Part shown: positions 1-13,130 of the stretch, piece by piece | Layout of the letters: each line of letters opens with the position of its first letter | Numbering within the stretch: position 1 is the first letter of the stretch | Assembly (NCBI RefSeq): GCF_902459465.1 | Contig: NC_047078.1 | Span: 1,116,001 to 1,180,000 of the forward strand | Reading direction: 5' to 3' | DNA: 64,000 nucleotides | DNA from: Asterias rubens | Lineage: Eukaryota | Position numbers and translations under genes: made by a program | Notes under the pieces: generated by a model | The model's input: the letters and a program-made list of their open reading frames with translations, nothing else | What the model was told of the DNA's origin: nothing | Databases searched by the model: none

Positions 1-327
1 ACGTGTACTTTTTCTTTTAAAGTAACAGTTCTGTGATTTGATGAAATGTTGAAATGTTAAGTTAAATACAAACGGCATTGTGAAAATATTTTTAACAACT
101 GTTTCACTAGAATTTCTGTTTCTCATGAAAAAGGGTGTGAATAAATTGGTAAAACTGAAACTATGGGTGTTCACAGATGTACACACACTCAAACTTTGCT
201 GATATTCTTGCTAGTGCAAAATCAAATCATTGTATACAGTGATGTTTTTTTCACCATTTTCTTGTGACTCAGAGGACAGATTGACTGTTAATGTTGGGCC
301 ACTCAAAGTGTTGATACTGGCCACTAG

Positions 328-720
328 ACACTGGACACTATTGATAATTGTCAAAGACCAGTCTTCACAGTTGGTGTATCTCAACATATGCATAAAATAA
401 CAAAACTGAAAATTTGAGCTCAATTGGTAGTCGCAGTTGCTAGATATAAATTATAGAAAAAACACCCTTGTCGCACCATGGTCACGCGAAGTTGTGTGCT
501 TTCAGATGCTTGATTTCGAGACCTCAAAGTAATTCTAAATCTGAGGTCTCTAAATCAAAAACATGGAAAATTACTTCTTTCTCTAAAACTACGTCACTTC
601 AGAGGGAGCTGTTTCTCACAATGTTTTATACTATCAACCTCTCCCCATTACTCATAATCAAGAAAGGTTTTATGATAATAATTATTTTGAGTAATTACCA
701 ATAGTATCCACTGCCTTTAA
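328..720. mobile_element. Non-autonomous TTAA-flanked DNA element (Kolobok/piggyBac-like MITE family A, about 390 bp)
   Basis: Ends GACACTATTG(G/A)TAATT ... AATTACCAATAGT(G/A)TCCACTGCCTTTAA. Further full or partial copies at about 7049-7440, 21441-22081, 33689-34075, 36980-37091, 37460-37760, 38728-39124, 41325-41670, 51175-51490, 53165-53540, 54480-54770, 59805-60176. Source of many spurious short ORFs (KLCAFRCLISRPQ-type). Confidence 0.8.
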
Positions 721-783
721 CCAATGTTTGCCTCAGGCTTTTGAAAAATAAGCCCCATCTTTGATTTTGTAATGTCATTTTAG

Positions 784-2534
784 CGAGGACACAACATGAG
801 CTGAAATCGACCAAAGAGCAAAAAGAACAAATGACGAAAGAGAAAGATGGAACGATCGCTGAACTGGAGGATAAGATTAAGAATATGGAATTTTCATACG
901 AGAACATGTTGCACGTAAGTCTCAGCAATACAAGTATACAAATTTGAAATATTGAATAATGTAATAAGGGAATAAACAAAGTGCCTGGTCAGTTTTAAAC
1001 AGAGTGTTTAATACCAGCCAAGCATATTTTTATTCCCATTCATAAATACCATTTCGGTCAAAAAACATCAAAACGTTTTGGTCAAAAAGTAAAAAAAAAA
1101 ATCAAAAATTATAAATGGTCAATGATTTCTTTCAACAAAACACCCTACCAGCTATGAAATGGTAAGGCCCTCTGGTAAAAACTCCTCCTAAGGAGATTGG
1201 CATGCGCGTATTGCGTGATGTGGCACAGGTGTTCCAGCCGTTGCTCTCGACCTTTAAGAATTAATAAACTGTGTTATAAGAACAGGTCCAAGCTCGCGTG
1301 TCACACCCAGGTTTAAACACTTCTGGCTGCGGTTAAATCATCCGTTTAAACACCCCCATGTGATGTCCTCTCAACCAATCAAAATGGAGAAACTGTCTCG
1401 GGTATTTATGAATAATAATTAATAATTACACAGCATTTATAAAGGTGCATTTAATCTGATGGAAAAGAGGGAATTCTCAAGTGGTAGGGAAAAGCAAGTG
1501 TGAACAGGTGTGTCTTTAGTTGCTGCAGAGATGTGTATTTCCCTGAGGTTTTCAGGAAGTGAATTCCAGAGCCTAGGTGCTGTAATGGAAAAATTGCAAA
1601 CTGCTTACCAACTAAAAGAACATCTGGCATATTATCAAAGTCTTATAATAGCGCACATATCTACCAAACAAGGTACTCAAGGCGCTGAGTATATACAAAC
1701 TTTCAGAAAGATAGGTTATTGCAATGGTGAATTTTGAGACCCAATTAGTTAGCACCTTATAAGGGTTTACAAGGTGCTACGGCGCATACAGCAGCCACAG
1801 CCTGGAACACCGGGGCGACTCCCTTCTCTATTCGATAAGTGCACTGGGTTCTTTTACATGCGTTACACAACACAAGGGACCAACGGCTTTATGTCCCAAC
1901 CGAAGGAAGAGCAATGGTTAAGTGTCTTGCTTAAGGACACAAGTGTCATGGCTTGGGATTCAAACCCACACTCTGCTGATCAAAAACACCAGAGTTTGAA
2001 TTCGGTGATCTTAACCACTCAGCCACGACACTTTAAAATACATCAATGCAAACAGATAGTTATCGATGGCCTTAATTTTCAATCCTAGCAGAGACTCTCT
2101 GAAGGCTTCGAGAAAGACTCTGCTTGTATTAGGGTCGAATTATGAAATGGTTTGAAGGTGAACAGTCAAAATGAGCTCCCTAAAGTATTGAAAGTTGACA
2201 AACTAGTTACAGACCAAGGCAAAGTACATGTAGAGGGTGGGTACTAGTTTATCAACTTTCATTACCGCGCCTGAAGATACAGGGCTGAAGTCTGGCGTAA
2301 AATTCCACAAGACACAGGGCTTGTAGCCCAACATTTTTACTGGGCCAGAATTTGACAAGACTGGAAAATTTATCATATAAACTGTTTTTTGTTATTTGTT
2401 TGCAGGAAGCGTTAGACAACTTAGTCTTAAAATTGGATGCAGCAAAGAAGAGATGGACCAACGAGGCTACACACATACATGGTGTCCAGAAAGAGAAGTT
2501 ACTGGAGTTTGGACTCAACCCCCTGGATATATAA
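784..2534 (+). CDS. CCDC153: Last two coding exons (784-914, 2406-2534) of a coiled-coil protein, CCDC153/DRC12-like; upstream exons lie outside or unrecognised
   Basis: ttttag|784-914 reads RTQHELKSTKEQKEQMTKEKDGTIAELEDKIKNMEFSYENMLH|gtaagt; ttgcag|2406-2534 reads EALDNLVLKLDAAKKRWTNEATHIHGVQKEKLLEFGLNPLDI*. Phases agree. The C-terminus resembles the CCDC153 ending (LHDSLDRLL...QFGLTPLDL) as I recall it. Confidence 0.75.
1038..1413. mobile_element. MITE-like element bounded by 13-bp inverted repeats
   Basis: ATTCATAAATACC at 1038-1050 and GGTATTTATGAAT at 1401-1413; the same motif recurs near 26516. Confidence 0.5.
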
Positions 2535-3912
2535 CAGCAAATGGGCAAAACTAATGGATATTTAATGGCAAGCTCCAGGATTCTGGATTGACAAGAACAT
2601 CAGGGCCAAATAGACCTTTCAATTGCTACTTCACAGCCCGAGTTTTTGCCAATAGAGGTTGGAAAAATATTGAACAATGCAAAACATAAACAGACAGCCA
2701 CACTAAGTAATGTTACCCACATATTCAAACCAGTGTTGAAATTGTTTGAAAAAAAAACAACCAACAAAGAAAGTAAGCAGACAATTATGAATTTGGTTAC
2801 ATCTGTTAAAGACCTGCTTGAACGAAAATGTCAAGTCGTGAACTCTGCTGAATTCCATTTAAAATGTTTTCAATGAATAAGGAAATCGAGTCATATGATT
2901 ATAAATAGATTTTGATTGTGTAAAAAAACAATCATTTTGAATACCCTTATCCAGTGCTTTTCTGAGAGATTTGCGAAAAGCCCTGTTACGTAATCACTCT
3001 TAAAACGTCATAGTTGGGAGCTCCAATTTGTAAAGCCGCTTTGTTGCAGCGTGGAGGTATAACAAAGCATACTCCCACAAATGACGTCAGCGGCATTGTC
3101 CTTTGGCGCGCGCTCTCAACGGCAGAAGTGTTTTTAGTTTTTCAAAACCTTTAGGTTGGGGCCTGATTTTTTAATCGATAATTACGAAAAACTCAGAAGT
3201 GTAAACATATCAAAGTTACATTAAAATGGTCAACAAGTGCATTATAAACAAGTCTAAATACCATTTCCGTTAAAAACCTTCCGCTCAGGTAGCTGTTTAA
3301 CATGTTTTGCCAACATTTGGCCGTCCATGACAACCAGCGTAGGGTGAATTACTTTTAAAATATTTTGACAAAATGTAACAAATATTCTCCACAACATATT
3401 TCCTTTTAAACAATGTCAACGCTTGTTTATTGGTGCCAGCGAGTTCTGAACAAATTCAATGATGAGCTATGTGAACAAGTTTGGAACAAAATATTTTTTT
3501 TAAAATAATGGAAACAATTAAATATGTCATCAATTCAAAGTAGAACTGTAAATTTCCAATAACAATTATTGTAAAGTTTTAAAGTGTATTTTCTACAATT
3601 AAATTAGACTGACCAATAAAGTGATTTTCGCACGTCTTCTTTATTTAAATTACAAGTTATGTGCATTGTTTAATAATCCACTTCAAAATATCTGATAAAA
3701 TAAATTCAAAATCACTTTTAAAAAATCGGAGTTCAAGTCAGAACACAAAAAGGGAAACTGTTTGTGTGATGCTAGAATTCACCAGGTCAATCCAGCGCTC
3801 TCATGAAATCTGCACATGTTTAAAATTACGAAAACAAGGAAAGTTACCAGGGATGTCTGCTGCCACCTAGTGTCCCAAAGTTGACAATTGAATTGTTTAG
3901 GGACAAGATATA

Positions 3913-4041
3913 GGCCCTTTTCGAATTCACGGCTTTGGCTCTAGCTTTGCTCAGGCTAGCTTGGCCCCATAGTTGTTTTGAAAATTGGTTTCAGACATGA
4001 GGAAGGGGCCTGAAGCCGAAGCTGTGGTTTCGAAAAGGGCC
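3913..4041. mobile_element. PIF/Harbinger-like MITE
   Basis: TIRs GGCCCTTTTCGAA... / ...TTCGAAAAGGGCC, with ATA on both sides. Confidence 0.55.
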
Positions 4042-4721
4042 ATAGACTCTCAAAAGGTACAACTTTTTCAATGTTTCCGACTGGGAGATTTTTGGACAAT
4101 GGTGGCAGCAGACATCCAAGGTTTTAAGCAAGGTTTTGGTAAGCGGGTGTTCAAATATGCTAGAATTTGGTGTCCAAATTGTTCACTTGCAAATAATGAT
4201 GAGATAATGACACAAAAAAACAGGGTGTCAATTTTATTTTTAAATGTGTCCAAAAGACACCCCTCTGGCTAACACTATGGCAGACATGCAAGGTAACTTG
4301 AAATTGTTTACGTAGTTCTGAACATGCGCACATTTCCAAGACCAATAGATTTAAGTCTGCTGCCACCAAGAGACCATATCACTCCCCTATTGTCATAGAA
4401 ACCATTCTGAGGTAATTTGATATACCAAGCAAGAGACAAGTTGCCATTTGTTTCACGGCAAAAACTGCCACCTATTGAAACTCTGCCTGCCAGTGTCCCC
4501 ATTTGTAGGATTGTGAAAAGGGTTGGATGGCCTCTGATCAATCTGTGATGAATACGGCATGCCCTCTTTCTCTGATCGTCCACGTATGGGTCGTCGATGT
4601 CTAGAGAGGAAAAGAAATTAAATAAGATTCTTGAAAACATTTCTTCAACCCTCTCAACTCCTTTAGAGTATGTAGCAGCAGCAGCCACATTGGTGCACAG
4701 GTTGCTAATCATTCACATCAA

Positions 4722-5062
4722 GTAGGGTGTCGTGGCCGAGCGGACAAGCACAGAACTCGAGCTCTGATGCTTCTGTTCAGCAGAGTTTGGGTTTGAATCC
4801 CGGTCATGACACTTGTGTCCCTGAGCAAGACACTTAACCATCATTGCTTCTCTCCACCCAGGGGTAAATGGGTACCTGTGAGGGCAGAGATGGTTCTTGT
4901 GATTGGTTTAGCCGAGTAGGGCATATTAATGTTGCACAGGCTGCATACTCCCCACCAGGGAGTTGAGATGGTTTAAGAAATGAATTAAGGCCCAGTGACC
5001 AGGGGTAATAATGTTGAAAGCGCTTTGAGACGCCCTTCGTAAAAACTGGCTGTTATTATTAT
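4722..5062 (+). mobile_element. tRNA-derived SINE with conserved central core and (ATT)n-like tail
   Basis: A-box-like GTGGCCGAGCGG and B-box-like GGTTTGAATCCC, core GTGTCCCTGAGCAAGACACTTAAC...CCACCCAGGGGTAAATGGGTACC, tail TTATTATTAT. Related copies at about 1746-2030 (-), 7455-7545 (-), 12390-12465 (-), 19634-19920 (+), 22925-23160 (-). Confidence 0.8.
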
Positions 5063-5070
5063 CAACAATC

Positions 5071-5300
5071 TGTAGCCTCGCAGGTACCACTTACTCCTAG
5101 GGTCGGCTCAGGACTATGTAGCCTCACAGGTACCACTTACTCCTAGGGTCGGCTCAGGACTATGTAGCCTCGCAGGTACCACTTACTCCTAGGGTCGGCT
5201 CAGGACTATGTAGCCTCGCAGGTACCACTTACTCCTAGGGTCGGCTCAGGACTATGTAGCCTCGCAGGTACCACTTACTCCTAGGGTCGGCTCAGGACTA
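5071..5300. repeat. Minisatellite, 5 x 46 bp
   Basis: Unit TGTAGCCTCGCAGGTACCACTTACTCCTAGGGTCGGCTCAGGACTA, five near-identical copies with no spacers. Confidence 0.95.
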
Positions 5301-5644
5301 TAAAGTCATTAGTTCAATTCGTAAAGCTTTCATAACATTGGTTTTGTACATTTTGCAGCTCCCGATATAAATGAAGTCTATTGATCAAGAGTGGTGTTCG
5401 AAGTATTTGCTTGGCAAAAAGAAACATTCTTTGTATAAAATATTATAGTAAAACATTCATTTGTTGATTTTTATTTTTAAATGTAAATTTTATTGTTTTT
5501 TGGGGCACTTTTTGTGACACAGAACACAATGTCCACAGATTTACATTAAACTTACACCGTTTGAAGATAATGATAGTAGACAGCTTACCTCAAAGGATTT
5601 GGGTACCTTTTCAAAATGTCCATATATTTACATTAAACTTACAC

Positions 5645-6437
5645 CATTAAACCATACATCTCCATCGGTGATGCTCGGATAGCTCCCTCACTAAAAGCTC
5701 GGAACTTGGGGGTTATTTTTGATTCATCGATGACACTTCAGCCACACATCAACAATATTGTTCGTTTATCATCATATCACATCAGGAATATAGGTAAGAT
5801 TCGCAAGTACTTGGATAAAAGTGCCACTGAAAAGGTCATTCATGCATTTGTTACTTCTCGTCTTGACAACGGCAATGCTCTTCTATACAGTCTACCTAAC
5901 AACCAGATTTCCCGACTTCAACGGCTCCAAAATACTGCTGCCCGCATTGTGACACTGTCTAGAAAATCCTGTTCTATCACCCCCATTCTGAAACAACTAC
6001 ACTGGCTCCCTATCTCTCAACGAATCATCTTCAAGCTGATGCTCATTGTCCACAAAGCTCTAAATGGCAAGGCTCCCCACTATATTTCTGAACTGCTTCA
6101 AGTTTACACTCCATCAAGGAATCTTCGATCAAGTTCCATGCTTCTCCTCATTGAACCCAAGTCTCGACACTCATGGGGTGACAGGTCTTTTTCTTCAGCC
6201 GCGCCACGCATCTGGAACTCTCTACCACTTAATCTTCGATCTTGTGTTTGTACCGCAAAATTCAAGTCTCTTCTCAAAACTTATCTTATGTCACAGGTTT
6301 TCAATGACTAATTTTGTTGTGTCTGTTTTTCTTTGTGTTTTGTTTTTGTTTTTGTTTTGGTTTTACTGCGCCTTGAACACCCAGCAGGGTGGATATGTGC
6401 GCATTACAAGTCTTATTATTATTATTATTATTATTAC
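5645..6437 (+). mobile_element. 5'-truncated L2/CR1-group LINE (end of RT ORF2, 3' UTR, (ATT)n tail) inserted in a family-B MITE
   Basis: ORF 5706-6311 has typical L2 C-terminal motifs (FVTSRLDNGNALL, LQRLQNTAARIV, LHWLPISQRIIFKL, FSSAAPRIWNSLP); ATT repeats at about 6413-6436; the host MITE sequence TTACATTAAACTTACAC|AGTTTGAAGATAATG is split by it. Confidence 0.9.
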
Positions 6438-8340
6438 AGTTTGAAGATAATGATAGTAGAAAGCTTCCCTGAAAATATTACGTGCTGAGGTGCTGTAGTT
6501 TTTGAGAAATGAGTAAAACAATGTCATGAAAATAATTTTTGTCTCTGTGATCATGAGACAAAAATTGTTTTAGCATCTAAAAACGTATTTTCATGACATT
6601 GTTTTACTCATTTCTCAAAAACTACAACACCTCAGCAACTAATATTTGAAGGTACGCTTTCTACTATCATTATCTTCAAAAGGTTTAAGTTTGATGCAAA
6701 TCTGTGGACATTGTGTTTTGTGTTACAAAAAGTACCCAAATCCTTTAAAACATTAGTTGCCGAGGTGCTGTACTCATTGAGAAATGAGTAAAACAATAAC
6801 ATGAAAATACAGCACCACAGCAAATAATATTTTTAGGGAAGCTTTCTACCATCATTATCTTCAAATGTCAAACTGTGTAAGTTGAGTGTAAATTTGTGGA
6901 CATTGTGTTTTTTGAACTACAGAAAGTACCCAAACCATTAAGTGACCTTTTTATCATTACAGATGTGAAATTGCAGTTAGTGACCTTATCACCGAGCCAA
7001 CAAATGATAGTAAGCAAGGCACAACACGCTACAAAAATCCAAAGACGTTTAAGGCAGTGGACAGTGACACTATTGGTAAATACTCAAGATATTTAATAGA
7101 ACAAAAACCTTACTTGGTAATGAGTAATGGGGAGAGGTTGATAGTATAAAACATTGTGAGAAACGGCTCCCTCTGAAGTGCCATAGTTTTCGAGAAAGAA
7201 GTAATTTTCCATGAATTTGATTTCGAGACCTCAGATTTAGAACTTGAGGTCTCGAAATCAACCATCTAAACGCACACAACTTCTTGTGACAAGGGTGTTT
7301 TTTCTTTCATTATTATCTCGCAAGTTCGATGACCGATTGAGCTCAAATTTTCACAGGTTTGTTATTTTATGTATATGTTGAGATACACCAACTGTGAAGG
7401 CTAGTCTTTGACAATTACCAATAGTGTCCACTGCCTTTAAATATAACCACAAGCAAGGCACAAGGGTCATGACTAGGATTCGAATCCCCAGTCTGCTACT
7501 GACAACACAAGAGCTTGGGTTCGGTGAACTAGAACACTTGACCACAACATGCCACAAAACTCCTTGATCAAACGCCTTGACCAAAGACTTTTTTACCCCC
7601 AGGGGATACTAACAGTTTATTTTCAACATTTCACACAATCACACATTAAATCATTATAACCTCCCACCTCTAGTATACTTTGGTTTATGTCTTTTTACTT
7701 AGTTTTTAGTTTAGGTAACTAATTTTTTAAATATGTTTTGCTCCTGGTGGTTTTATTTAGAATTAATTTGTATCTCTCATGTGGTTTTCAAACTGCCGTT
7801 TCTATATTTAGTGTTGCTGTTTATTTAGTGGTAATGTAAGCTCCTTCAGGCCTGGCACTTAAAGCGCCATATAAATTCTCTTTTATTATTATTATTAGTA
7901 TACAATTAGTCGAGAAAAGTGAAAATTTATCACAACTTAAAGCAATCGCACAACATTGGTAAACAGTATTGTTCAAAGGCCCACACTTCGTGTATCACAA
8001 CTTGTATATAAAACAACAAACCTGTGAAAATTTAGGCTCAATCTGTCATCAGTCGAGAGAAAATAACGGGAAAACCCACCCTTGTTTCCGCACGTTTCGC
8101 CGTGTCATGACATGTGTTTAAAATAAATCCATTAATCTCGATACTGCGAATTGATAGTTGTTTTAATGTTTTCTCAAAAAGTAAAGCATTTCATGGAATA
8201 ATATTTCAAGAGAAGTCTTTCACCATTACCTTCTGTAAACCCTGTAAGTTGATTGTAAATCTGGCAACTTTAAGTTGTTGTGTCCAATGGCTTTAATGCG
8301 TCTGCGCATGCTCAGGAAAATACTCACCATTCTACAAGCT

Positions 8341-11300
8341 TTACACAACACCGGCTTCTTTCAACTTCCCTATAAGATCTTCAACTGTCTCAACCTTCAC
8401 ACCTGCGTCCCTCACTGGGGGATCTTCAACTTTGATAGTTTCAATCTTGGGCGTTATATCAACGCCAAAGTCTGCTGGTGTCTTCTTAGCTATTGGTTTC
8501 TTTTTTGCTTTCTGTAACAAGAGTATTCAAATGTTTTGAACAAATTTTTCTTAAAGGGTATATGTACTTTTTCCTAACAAAAACAAATGTCCACAGATTT
8601 ACATTAAACTTACACAGTTTGAAGATTATGATATTAGAAAGCTTCCCTTGAAATTGTACTTACTGAGGTGCTGCAGTTTTTGAGAAATGAGTAAAAGTAA
8701 TAATTTTCATCTCAGTTTTAGCATATAAAAACGTATTAACCAGTTATGCTATGGTTTTGGTATAATATCATAACTGGTTAAGGGGATTTTACATGCTGAA
8801 ATAGTTTTGGTCTCATGAGACCAAAATTATTTTGTGACTTGTTTTACTCATTTCTCAAAAACTACACAACCTTAGTCATGGGCTAGTTAGTAATAATTGA
8901 AGGGAAGCTTTCCACTATCATTATCTTCAAACCCTGTAAGTTTATTGTAAATATGTGAACATTTTGAAAAAGTATCCGAATCCTTTAAGCAATCATAATA
9001 ATTTATCAAAAACAGCACTTAATATAAAATACAAGATGGTATGCATATTTGCTCAAATTATAAATGATGAAAAAAAAATGTCTAAATCCCTAATCAAAAT
9101 GATGTGATTAGTGTTAGTAATTCTCACCATAATATTTGGTAGCGTTGCATATCTTGGTTCGTTGAGTCTTAAATCAGCGGTAACTACAGCTGGCATCTTA
9201 ATTCTTATCGTCTCTAAGCCGCCGTCAACTTCACGAACAACCTTTATTATTATAAAACAAAGTAAAAGACGGGTGATTATCGAGTAACAAATTTTTATCA
9301 GTGTCCATCTGGAAGCTCTACGACTAAACCTCTAAAGAAATATATCCGGCTAAGTTCAAGTCTGATGCTTCAATCTTGAAACGGCCAGGGCACCGAGGCG
9401 TTTTCTTTTCCTTAACGGCCAGGGCACCGAGGCGTTTTCTTTTCCTTAATGGCCAGGGCACCGAGGCGTTTTCTTTTCCTTAACGGCCAGGGCACCGAGG
9501 CGTTTTCTTTTCCTTAACGGCCAGGGCACCGAGGCGTTTTCTTTTCCTTAACGGCCAGGGCACCGAGGCGTTTTCTTTTCCTTAACGGCCAGGGCACCGA
9601 GGCGTTTTCTTTTCCTTAACGTGACAAATTTCTAACAGTTTTCATCTGAAAGTGCAAGAATAAACCTCCAGAGAAAAGTTACTGGCCAAGATCAGGTCTG
9701 ATGCTTCGATCTTGACATGGCAAAGGCAGCAAGGCGGTTTGTTTTTCTAGGTAAAGGGTATCTCAATGAGTAAATTGTGAATTTCAATTTGAACAATTCA
9801 TGGGGCACCAAGGCAATGACCAGGGAGTAATGGAGGCAATTGCCCTTGTTGCCAGTATTGTTTTTTTTTCTTTCATTTTTCTGTTAACCTCCTTCCCTTC
9901 CTGTTTCCCCTTCAGCAAGCCTACATGTATTTAACTGTGTAGAGAAATCCCACCTGATGTTGACAAATTATGAGAGGTTACAGTAACTTTTTTTCAAGGG
10001 ATACTTCTAGAATCTGCCTACCACAAGATGTCCGTCGTCTAAGGTGATTTCTGAGGCGAATGTTCCTTGTGCCCAGTCCAGGTGGGCTGCAGTCATCTGA
10101 CCCGTCTGATTACAATCATCATCAATTGCCTACGGACAAAATTCAAATATCAACATTACTTTAAAATTGAAACGTTTCAATAAAAATTTCCAATTTCCAC
10201 ATCGAGGTGCTATGGTTGATAAATAAAATGGTTTATTAAAATACTGTCCTCGCAGCACAAAGGCTGAATTACTACAACTTAACATTAAAAAACATTACAA
10301 GTATACATTAAATAAGGAGAAAATAGCGATCTAAGTCTCTGCAGTTTGTTAACAAATGCAACCCCAAGCACTGTGAACTTCTCCCATGTTTTCTCAACAC
10401 CCATTTTCAAACAAGGCGAATAAACGGCGGGTAAAACCATGGGCGGTACTTATCCGCTGGTTGTCCTGGACTAATTTTGATAAGGTCTCTTAGTACAAGC
10501 AAATATTACACAATCCACTATCGATCACTGAGGCGTTGCGACACGACTATCTGGGACATAATTAAGTCTGAACAGTTCTCACCTGTTTTCCAAGGATAAG
10601 GAGGTCCACTTGCTCGTCCTGTGCTATTTTAGCCAGAATCTTAGAAACATGAAAAGGAAGGACATTTTGGAATTCAGCATCCGGGATTTCAACGTGGATT
10701 CCTCTGTCAACTCCCATGGCTAGAGCTGTACGGAGCGTCTCCTGAAATAATTAATAATAATATTAATAATAGTACTGGGCTCTTTTACTCCTGTGCGAAA
10801 TCTCGGATCTTCCAACATGTATGCATGCTACAGGTTACTACGAGTAGCAAGTCATGGGGCAATAGGTAATTTTCCCTTGATGGACCCACACTCTGGAATG
10901 ACTTGCCTCTTCAAATCCGCAAAATTTCTAATCTCAATACTTTCAAGGTTAAGTTAAAAACCACATTGTTTAATCTCACGTGTAATTGGTCTATTTGTCT
11001 TATTTTCCTTGCCGTGTGTGGTTCCCCCTCCTGTGCGCCTCGAGCACCTCATTTTGGTAGATTTTGGCGCCCTATAATAAATAGTCTTTATTATTATTAT
11101 TGTAATAGTGTTTCATCACACCCCTAAGGACATAAAGGCCGAGTTATAGTCGGTCGCGCGATGGAAATCTGGACATGCAATCCAAAAAGACACATTTTTT
11201 AGAACTCAGCGATGACTATAAACTGTGTTTTTTAGAATCGCGTGTCAAGATGTCCATCGCGCTTCAAGATGTCAATCTCGCGATGGACTATTTTATTTTA

Positions 11301-13088
11301 ACAGGATAAGCAGAGCAAGAGCTTGAATTATAAGACCAATTTATGTAGCACCTTCTAATATTACTATTATTAATTTATATTGTTTATTCGGTCGGCCATT
11401 TCATAAAGTACAGTAACAATACTTGCAAACAAAAGTTTAGCTACAGGAAAAATAAATAAATGTTTTACAGAACTACCTGTAGGCCTACCTAGGCTAAACA
11501 GAAACTAAAACACTGGTCCTGAATGAAGATGACTGGCAGAAGGCTAGGATACAAGGAACATGTGAAGAATAGATGAGAGATTAGGGTAGATTGGGTAAGG
11601 ATAGGAAATGGGGTAGGAGAGGGAATAATAATAATAATCACAATAATAAAACCACATTTATTGTGCGCATTTCACCATAAAACATGAAAACATGTAAAAT
11701 GTTCAAAAGCACATTACAACAATCTACAAAAGCATAAAAATCAGCACAATCGAGAAAAACAGCAAAGAGTAAACAAATAACAACAATATAGACCCTAACG
11801 CATAAAATAACAAGTTAGCCAAAAACTTGTTAAATAGAAAAGTACATAATGTGAACGTTTTCAATACGTGGATTACTGGCCCAATGCTTAAACAACTGGA
11901 TTCCGGCCAGAGTGGTCAAGTGGGTATTTCAAATTATGGCTGGACTCTTTTGGTGGGGAGCTGAGTTGCCAAATGCTAAAGACTAACTGGACTCTCGCCA
12001 ATGGGTATTTAAAATTGTAAAAATAAGCCTCAGCCAATCCAGTGACAGTCCTGTATGCTTCGATTTTGAAAAGGCAAGGGCAACACGGCATTTTCTTTAT
12101 GGTAAAGGACACCCTATGAGGAAATTGAAAATTTCTACTGTGGCATTTCAAGGGCACCAAGGCAATGAATGAACAAGAGGCAATCGCCTTCGTTGCCTTC
12201 GTGAAGTATCAGGCATGCTTTGCTTGTTTGTTTGAATGATCTTCCCATCAAGGGAACTCGGCAAACCTACAAGGTATATAAAATTTCTCTCATACAAACA
12301 TTGGTTTAACGTCTATAATTGCACAAATCAAGAAATTGTGATTCAGTAACTAGATGACAATATTTATTCTAGTCATTGTGAAATCAGAGGTTAGCTGGGT
12401 GATTTGAACCCACAACCTTGTGATTGCAAGTCCTGCAGTCTAATCACCTGGCCGCAGTGAGCCCTGAATCTAACACAAGACTTTCCTACCCAAAATTAGA
12501 AGCGAATGAGCTCTTATTCTTACTTGACATTTCGGAGGTCCGCAGCTGATCGCGATGATTTCCTTCGCTATCTTCTTCTCCTTTAATCGGACGGCTTCTT
12601 CCACAGCGATCTCATCGAATGGATTCATGCTGTGCTTGACGCCATCTGTGACGACGCCCAGCTTGTCCGGCCGCACCCGAATCTGTAGGTGAGACCATTC
12701 AATGTCAACCAGTCACATAAAAGTACACAAACCAAGGAATAAAGCAAACAAGAAAAAGGGTATTTTACCCCTGATCGACTTTGATGTAGTGTGCCCTCAA
12801 TCTATATTTATGAAAAAATGTTGATTTTGTTATAAAATAGTTTTTACCCCTGTTCACTTCATGTCTAAAATACATGATGAAATAAAGCCTTGTATTGAAG
12901 CTATTGATGGAGACTCCATAGTAATTTGAAAGCTCTTTCAGAAAAAGAAGAATCTACAATGTACAACAATCAATTCTCTAAAAGACGAGCAGAGTATACT
13001 GTCCTGTATACGTCGAGACCCATCCGGGTCTTTTCGGAGCCAACACTCACCCTCAGAGATTTACACATGGTTGTACCCGCAAGTTTAC

Positions 13089-13130
<42 letters not shown>

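Noticed and set aside
468-704. Recurrent short ORFs with KLCAFRCLISRPQ or LDFETS-type peptides across the window
   Set aside because: They are translations of MITE family A copies, not a protein family.
4308-4712. 134-aa minus-strand ORF with a faint MULE-like HHRL...HPT segment
   Set aside because: Similarity is too weak, with no supporting termini or splice structure.
4722-4810. tRNA genes at SINE heads (also 19634-19720)
   Set aside because: A/B boxes are present but there is no complete cloverleaf, and the sequence continues into a SINE body and tail.
5071-5300. CRISPR-like array (also 9381-9618)
   Set aside because: Head-to-tail repeats with no unique spacers in a eukaryotic context; these are minisatellites.
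9381-9618. Repeated TTCCTTAAC U12 branch-point consensus
   Set aside because: It is on the strand opposite ETFB, the next AG is too close, and there is no U12 donor; coincidental.
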